DNA of 58,437 bases, counting the filler, from Platydemus manokwari (taxonomy: Eukaryota), in the NCBI GenBank assembly GCA_037951405.1. It is 5 parts of 5 records of this genome, joined end to end, with 100 filler letters (N's around TTAATTAATTAA, not from the genome) between each part and the next. Parts side by side here need not be neighbours in the genome. Positions count along the whole stretch, not along the records: positions 46,235 to 58,437 come from JBBMOY010256671.1; 4 more parts are not named here. One strand, 5' to 3'. Numbering within the stretch: position 1 is the stretch's first letter; each line of letters starts with the position of its first letter. The position numbers were made by a program, and so were the translations under genes. The notes below the pieces were generated by a model. It did not search any database. It was given only the letters and a program-made list of their open reading frames with translations, and was not told the DNA's origin. Below, in pieces: positions 50,101 to 58,437 of this stretch.

Positions 50101-53100
50101 TTCTCTATTTTAAGAGAAGCCATACGGAAAATCATAACGAAGAGTATACGGAGGTCGAATAAACAAATTTATGATAGCTTATTTTCATTATTTTTATCTT
50201 TTGTCACTTTTAAAAATTTTATTTCATAAACGACTGAGAAGTAAAGAATCATTGTACTTCAAATAAATCACTACAAAAACGACAAGAGACGCTGACAAAA
50301 ATATCCCCAAATATTACCATCATATGTCAAATGAAAATTGATTTCGATCTCCACTGTGTTACCAGTGATATTTAAAATTTACAAACAACTTATAATAATA
50401 GATTCTGACATTAAGACTGTAATTTAAGATAAATCAAAGGTTACAATTAAATTGGATTGTAAATATATAGAAGAATTTCATAAACAATGAATGTGTAAAA
50501 ATACTTTTATGTATATATGTATATCTTTTTAACAAAAAGTCTTTCATCACTGACACAATGTCGAATCCAATGTAGGTCATGTCACGTGTAAATGATATTT
50601 ATCATTCTTCTAAAGTGTATTTTTATTCTTATTAAAAGAAAGGTTAATATTTATTGAAAATTAATTCCAATTTCGTGACGTGAGAATGAAAAGATTAACA
50701 ATTAAAATTCAATTCGATTTCTCAAATATTAGAACTAAATAGTCATTTTTAATTCACGTATCAAATTAAAAGGCAAAATTTTTAAGCAGAAATAGCAATT
50801 AATTGGAAATTGTTTATAAAATAATAAATAATTTTTCAATGATAAAATCGGAATGTAATTCGTGTGAAAAATGAAAGTATTGTATGGTTTAATTCATGAG
50901 TGCACGATTAGGAAACGATTCTGAGGACTAAGTAAATAGGAAAACCACGTGGCTTCGAATTAAATTGTGCGACTAAGATAAATAACTGATATGAAAGTCA
51001 GTCTCAATGAGACTGATGAATGTAATAAGGAGACTCAAATAAATAATTTTCAATTATTTCGTGATTATTTTGGAAAGGAGAATAAGCCAGGCACAGATCC
51101 CCTACTAGTTAAATTTTGAGTAAACACAATATTCAACCAAGGAGCCAGTCACGATTTTTGGAGAAAAAATAAATTACCAGATTTATATGTAAGGTTTTTC
51201 TTTTCAGTTCCTTCTTCCAGTCGCGTCTACATAAAAGTTGAAGTTGTTGTTTCTGTGTTCGTTTCATAATAATAAATGTTTGTTTTCAGTTATAGACGTT
51301 GTTATTATTGCAGCTCTGATATTGTTTTATGCTATAACTGTGAGACGATAATTTTAACATCACTCATTTATTCAGAAAAACCGAGCTGCAATCTTGTTTC
51401 ATTTATTGTAATTATTGATATAATATTTTGTGGTTAGTGCTTATTACGTCATTACCTATGTTAGCACTATTAGTCGTCACGTTTAATTAAATTCTGACAA
51501 TTAAGGTAATCTTATTCGCACAAAGGACTATCATTCCAACTCATAGCCATTTGCTGAGAGTGCTAGTACGTGATATATATTTCAGATATGTAGGTTGACC
51601 AAATTCCAAATTCTTACTGTACTAACTAATGACGTTATACTCTTTTGACTACAGACACTTAATTTTAGTCTCAATTATTAAATTCAGTCTTCATACCATA
51701 AAAGAATCCCCATGGGACATAGTAACCTAGTGAACACGAGTAAATAACAATAAATCATTCATTTTTTACTTATATAAATCTAATTCGATTTCCTGCTTCA
51801 AGAATGACACAATTATCACCATAATGTTGGAGTCCTGCCTAGTTCGCTCTTACAATTTTCTCAATTTTTAAATTCCTATCAAACTTTATTGTTAGATATA
51901 TTCAACCCACATCCCAACCCACATTAATAATAGGAATAATCAATCTCTAAAATTAATTTGAGAGATTTAAAAATCCGCGTAATCATGGTAATTCAAAAAT
52001 TTAATTCACACCACTATGGTGATTTACATATTGCTAAGGCGAAAGTATTAATAACGTTGCATTACTATGGAAAATTAATAAACCACTATGGGATAAAAAA
52101 TTACAGAAAATTAATCATCACCCTCACAAAAAATCTAAGTATATAAACCCAGCCCAAAATTAGAAATCGCACATTATTTCGACACAAGAAACTACAGTGC
52201 ATAATTTCTTCAAGGAAATTCGGTATCAGCTTCGATATTCAAATCTATTCTCGCTTAATACACGACAACATTATTCTTGAGGTAACCTTTACCTAAAGGA
52301 ATTTTTCAATTCTTATCTTCCAGCTTCGGGATATTCATCACCCAGTAAGCTTCAGAACCGCATCATTCAATCATCATTATAGTTATTGATCAAATTTAAT
52401 CGTTCTTCTTCCACGCGGATCATTTGTGCCAATGGTAAATTTTATTATTTAAAATTAATCATCCCCTTGCAAGTTCGATAAGATTTGCAATGCTAAAAAA
52501 CAAAATTGTAAAACCCAAAGGGTTTGTAATCTAAATTCATTTCTTTAGTTTATTGTTCGAAGTAGGATGGCACCTAGTCCCTTACGTCGGTTGTTCCTCA
52601 TCGTCAGAACATAACGCTAACCTCTGTTAAATTTTTAGCATTACAGATTTGCTAATTTTATATTGTAATAAAAGTACAAGTATCAGTGCATCATTATTTT
52701 ATTATTCTGTCATTAGTATATTATCCGAATTATACACGCACCTACCATTCTGATTGGGATCAGATCATTAGTGGAATAGCCATTTTTCTCATTTTAATCA
52801 TACCTATTTTAACTTACAGATCGTTGAACGAGTTTATACTAGTTGGATTATCTTAATACGTCACACCAAATACTACTTAGCACATGCTAGTAGGATTCCA
52901 ACATTATTAGCAGAGTTTTATCATTTGGAGTCCATTCCAGCCCAATTGCAATTTCCAAAAACAAATTCCTGTTATGAAATTGCTTATTGCAACTTAAATA
53001 TCTGTGTATCTTATCATCTCTAAAACAATCCTCAACCATTAATCTATCAATTCACAAATCCATCTTGCAAAGCCGTGCCAAAAAACATTTTAATTCCAAT

Positions 53101-54350
53101 AATCGATTAGTTGTCGAAATTACCTATTGATTCATTTTGATTTTTGATAATTGACTAAATTTATTGATGTTTAATTAGGAACTTTATTGATACTTCAACT
53201 TTACCTTTATGTGTACTGTCTATAAATTTTATTATGGTTTATTATCTTTTGTAAGGAGATCATGAGAAATTGAATGAATTATGATGGCAATTAACTGTTG
53301 AATATTGAATAAGAATTAATAAAGAAAATACGTATTAAGTAATAATAAAATATTAACATTAAATAAGAAAAGAAAGTATTAGAAAATAGGAAATTAATAG
53401 AAAAATAGTATTTTTTAAATTAATAATAATGATAATTTAGGCCAAAACTTTTTCATGATTTACAAAAAAGTTCTGAGAAAAATGCGAAAAACCTGTGAGA
53501 AATCCGACCAAGTTGGACAATAGTTGCCGCTCACTCAAAAACAGAGCTATACGGGGCCATACTAAGACAAAACCACCAAAAACAACCTACATCTTCCAAC
53601 GAGTAATCATAATATCACATTCGTTCTATCATTTGAATACAGTAATAATTGCAAATACGAATTTTGAATAACAACGCTGATTATCGACGTTAGTGCTAGC
53701 GAATCAATTTGAATCAAGAAGGCTATCATTATAATGGTTGCATTATAAGCAAATTATTGATTAATTATCACGACATTTTGTTTAAATCAATTATTTCACT
53801 GTCACTATTTTAATTCATAACATTTATTTGCCATTTAAATAATAACATCTTTCTAAGTTCTCCGTCCGCTTGAATTTCCAATAAATCACTTCTGTGACCC
53901 ATCGGGCACTGTCAGCTATTGTTGTGTTGTTATTTTATTTTACTCGTATTTTCACTTAACAAAAATAAAATTTATTATAATCAAATTTATTATCTTTTGC
54001 ACCAAGTAATTGAATACATTGTGCTGTCGTAATAATAATGAGAGTAAGCTATAGGTGTCTTATTGATCTAATCATATTCAAAAAAACCTTGTCAAGCTAT
54101 ATTCAATGTGAAGACAGCACTTACTGGCTGACAATAAATTTTAATAAAACATTTAGATAACCTTTTCCCATAGTTAAGTCTGCAATACTTGCTACTGAAG
54201 CCTTTCTAGAATCAGTCAAAAATTCCCAACACCCAAAAATTAATAATATTAACATGATCTAAGGCTCTTTTAATCGAGTATTTATAATTTTTTAACCACG
54301 ACTATTGATCAGATATGGATTTATTATTAATTCTAGAACGCACTGCTACG

Positions 54351-57300
54351 TCAATTAACATCGGCAACAACTGTTTGAGTCACAAACGTGAAACCTTCTT
54401 CATCATCGAAAGCTGAACTATCCAAACTGAAATCAATATTATAATATTTGCGGAAATTTTATTGTTCTTACTGTTCTTGCAATAGTTCTCTTGGTGGGGT
54501 GGAAACAGTGCCGGGTAAAGGTGGGAAGCATACATCACCAGCTACTACAAGACTCTGAGAAGTGTTGATATTTTCCTTGGCATTTTTCTGAGTTGCATTT
54601 GCATTAATTCTTGTGAACAAATATCTAATGACCCGCTCTCTCTGTTCCCAAGTCAAATCACTGATGTCAACCGTTCCAGATGTATTGAAACTACGATGGT
54701 TACACTGTTAAAACAATATTCATACTCAAAATAGAGATTATTAAATGACCACATTAATTATCAGAACTCGGGTTTTGATTGGTGATTATTTTATAAAATG
54801 ATGACCTCTGGGATTCATTCATGTGAAATAACGATGTATTGACAAAAATTTTATTGGTTGTTTATGTTTGTGTGTATTATATTATCCTTGTTCTTTTTAT
54901 ATATGTTTTCTGCGCTATATATGTAGTCTCAGTCATGAAACTTTTTATTATTCCAGTTCAACCAATGATACTTTAATATTTGATACTCTAATAATATGAA
55001 ACTATAATATTTGAAATTACCTCATAAAACTAATCAAAATTTGGTCCGAATTATTGAATTAATTAATTATCGATTTATTAAATAATCAATAAGCTAAAAT
55101 GAGAACATCGATAAAAAACAAATAATAATTAATTATTCAAAATCAAATTGCCTATATTTTCTGAAAAAAAGAATCAAGAACAGAAACAATTGTAAGCTGA
55201 TCCATTCAAGCTTAAGTCCCAGATTTAAATTCAAATTGATTGATTGATTTATTGGAAATAAAGTCAATTAATCAATAAAGCAATATTAGTAAATAGTGAT
55301 TAGTATGACAAAATTACAACATCGATCATAATTGATTGTCGAAAAGGTAAACATCATTCAAACGAACTTACATTTCCAAAGCTTGATCGGCTTTTCTAAG
55401 AAAGATATTCCATATGAAATTTGGAATGAAAAATAAATGAAAAATATAGAACCAAAAAATAGGTATTAAACCAATTGAAATACTCGAGCAATCGATAACC
55501 AACCGCATACAAACAGTAATTATAAATAATAATCAATCGGAATCGTAATGTGATGATCAAATATTGAACCCAACTTACAATTTCATTGCAGCCTCAAGAT
55601 CGGTATACACGCTATTGGTGCTTGTATTGGTTTTGTTGAAAGTTCTTATTGGTGGATATTCAGATTTTCCCTGATAGGCCAGCATCATTTTCTGTTGATA
55701 TGCTATTTGTGAGTCTTTTTTGTATTGATTTCTATTACATTTATCAAATATTTTAGAGAATCGATTATATTTATTTATGTCTCACTGATTGGCTAGAATC
55801 TCCTTTTTAACAATTTCCAAAGATTCCAAGAAAAACTTTTCGATTTCCGTTCGTTCATTGAGAACCTGTTTGGCTAGTATGTGGATTCTTTTGAATTCTT
55901 TCGATTTCAGTTCCAGTAAACGTTGCAGTTTTTCGATTTCTTTTGTTGAAGAATCCATTTCGTTTTCGTGAAGCGACCTCAATTGTCGATTTGATGTGTC
56001 GAATTCTTTGACCGTTTGAGTGAGAGCTTTTTCCAATAGTTCAACTTTGGAAGTGAGCTGATGAAATTGTCATATAAAATTTTTACCAAAATGAGAAAAA
56101 TAATAAAAATATTTAACGAAGAAAGGTTGGGTTTATTGGACGTAAAAAAAGGAAAATTCCAGGAATAGAAATGTATGAATTCCATCAGTAATATAATAAA
56201 AGTATTCATTAGTTTATGAACGAAAGAACCAAGGAAAGTACGTATTATATTACAAAAATTCAACCTAAAAATTACCTCTGTTACTCGATTTTTCAATTTC
56301 GTTGTTTCGGACACCTTTTCCGAAACCAATATATCGAGCATTTCCTTATCAGCTTTGAGTTCTTGATTAGACTGCTTCAAGGATTGTACTTTCTCCCGTT
56401 GTTTCTCAGTATTTTTTATGTGGTATTTGAGAGCTTCGTTGGCGCGAACGTTTTCTTTAAAAATAGATCGAGTAGCTTCATCTAAATTGCTAATGAGAAA
56501 GTAACTCAAGGAAATTATCAAAGAAAATATCATTTAAATCATATATATAGTTTAAATAAATATTAATTGAGGATATTAAATAATTATTCCTAATATGTGT
56601 AAGTATCAATGGATCTTTGCTATTTTTATATCTCTAGTTTAAAGATCGAGTCCATAATTTCATCAGTGGCTATAATAAGTCTGTTTACTTACGTCACTAT
56701 TTTATCAAACTCAAAAAAAATTAATTTTTTGAAACCGGTTTCAAAATATCACCATTTGTTTCGGTGATAAATTATTTCATTTTATTTAAATAAGAAAAAT
56801 GAGGGTTACTGATAAAACCTTTGGCAATTAAAACAAGCACGCCAGCAATAGAACTGCTTAACAGTCCTTTTGAGACATCAACACCGGATAGACCTTTAAA
56901 CATATAATTTCATAATTCGTTTATTGATGAATTTGAAGTCATGTTGACATTACTCAAATTCGATTCGAAATTTCATTGAGATTTCTTATCAACTACATAT
57001 TACATCTAATCATTGAAGAGAATATCCACCAAGTACATTTTAAAATAATTTGGAAAATAGTGATTATGTTGGGTACAGAAATACCATAAAATTATGATAT
57101 TAAATCATATAACATTTTTCAAAAGATCCACGCCCTTCTAAAAATAGTAACCACAAATAAAAATGTAAACATAATCCATAATTACCAAAAATAGAAATGA
57201 TAATTTAATAAATACATAAATCGAATAATAAAGCGTGGGATACTAAAAATAATATATAAAAAATCCAAAAATAAACAAAAAAGCCAGTAGGTCAAAAAAG

Positions 57301-58350
57301 AAAAAGATAATAATATATAAAGAAAAGTATGACACAAAAACGCACAGAACTTATTCTGCTCAATAAACCGATAATTTAATTTAGCACAATTTTACGTGGA
57401 ATTATTTTGCTAAGTCAGCACAAAATTCTAATTGCACAGTACATGTCATATTTTTAATCGAGAAATCCCAATTATATATTTGTGTATAATCTCCCATCAT
57501 AAAAGAGGATGAGAGAGAAAGAGAAAAGAAAAAGGAAATAATATTATTTCAAGCAACGCAACTAAAGTAAAATTTACTTTCAAATTTTGTATATAAATTG
57601 TAAAGCATTTTATTATGATCATCATTTTTCTAGACAGCATCTTTGGTCCCACCCAACCACTATTTAACTAAGTTTTAATGTTATCAATTTAATAGCAACC
57701 TCATTGTACAGTTGCCTAACTATTAGGTCCAAACTATCATCAATAATCTCACAGGACCTTGCAACCCTTCGCAAAAGGTACTTATACAATAGCCACAAAA
57801 CAATAGCATCTAATTAATTGAATATTAGACAATTTCCCTGGTAATTTTCTATTTGTTGTATTACTAATTAACTATTGTACATTATTTGATTCATAATTGT
57901 AATCATAAATTTTAATTTAAACCAATTATATTTTTTCGTATTTATCATTATATTTATTTATAATTAAATTAATTCCGTCATTTTTCCAGTGCCCCTGGAG
58001 TCAGACGTTAATTAAGAACTTATAAAAAAAACCTTCTGAACCAAACAATTATGTGAAAAATATTTTTCTGTGCTCATTAATTTTAGATTTTTTGCAGAAC
58101 ACGGGACAATTCTTTTTCGCCTTTTATTTTTTCTAATTCTGTGTATTGCATTTCATTCATTCTTATGAGACAGGAAAAGAAAATTTTGAAAAAAAGAATT
58201 ATAGAAGCAATTAACTATTGATGATTTGGAAATAGTCCAAAGAGTTATTGATTTAATAACATTAGACACAAAAACGTACTCTATCGCTTCCTTGTGTGCA
58301 GCTTCGGCTAATTCGGATATTTTCTTACTAGCTTCAAGTTGCAATCTCAT
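54351..58350 (-). CDS. BBOF1: Basal body orientation factor 1 (CCDC176), 3' exons; the 5' part is outside the window
   Basis: RLQLEASKKISELAEAAHKEAI / LDEATRSIFKENV...EALKYH / LAKQVLNERTEIEKFFLESL / YPPIRTFNK...STNSV / DISDLTWEQRERVIRYLF.RIN / TFVTQ; stop at 54353-54351. Confidence 0.88.
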
Positions 58351-58437
58351 CTGAAAATATCAATATTAGGCTGAGTCAAAAGTTATTCATGTTTTTTAGT
58401 TGTTTAAAGTTTTTGTTTTACCAAATCATTTAAACAT

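Noticed and set aside
47200-54300. Further genes or full LTR elements between Shank and BBOF1
   Set aside because: Only TG-starting, TATA-containing fragments without paired ends or target duplications; probably old transposon debris that I cannot delimit by eye.

Overview
Eukaryotic, very AT-rich animal DNA with many 41-60 nt introns. The enolase sequence suggests a flatworm, probably a planarian (inference). The window is five contigs joined by identical artificial 100-nt linkers (N44-TTAATTAATTAA-N44), so adjacency across linkers is not biological. Contig 1 (1-10257): a bestrophin with an altered Ca2+ clasp, a PLAC8/cornifelin-like gene and an intronless two-Ig membrane protein only 83 bp apart, plus LINE relics. 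Contig 2 (10358-23865): a palindromic MITE, a decayed gypsy gag-pro and RBM26/27. Contig 3 (23966-34347): a tight minus-strand trio, enolase -> RPC11/POLR3K -> BLOC1S3. It looks like a trans-spliced operon: BLOC1S3 has no start codon of its own and would gain one in frame from the AUG-ending flatworm spliced leader. This enolase carries an in-frame TGA next to its catalytic Lys and an RLE-type LINE in an intron. Contig 4 (34448-46134) is visibly more GC-rich. It holds an apparently intact Polinton/Maverick (adintovirus-like) endogenous virus with pPolB, a PC4-like protein, protease, major and minor capsid proteins, two lytic-peptide precursors, a chromo-integrase and a packaging ATPase. Its right terminus (ACTACT, 45606) lies in an intron of an EGF-repeat gene. 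All eight junctions of its nine-gene cassette are stop-start coupled, and a terminal promoter and leader exon may splice over the cassette to the PC4 gene. Contig 5 (46235-58437): the 5' exons of Shank and the 3' exons of BBOF1/CCDC176. All calls come from manual reading and remembered family motifs; no searches were run.
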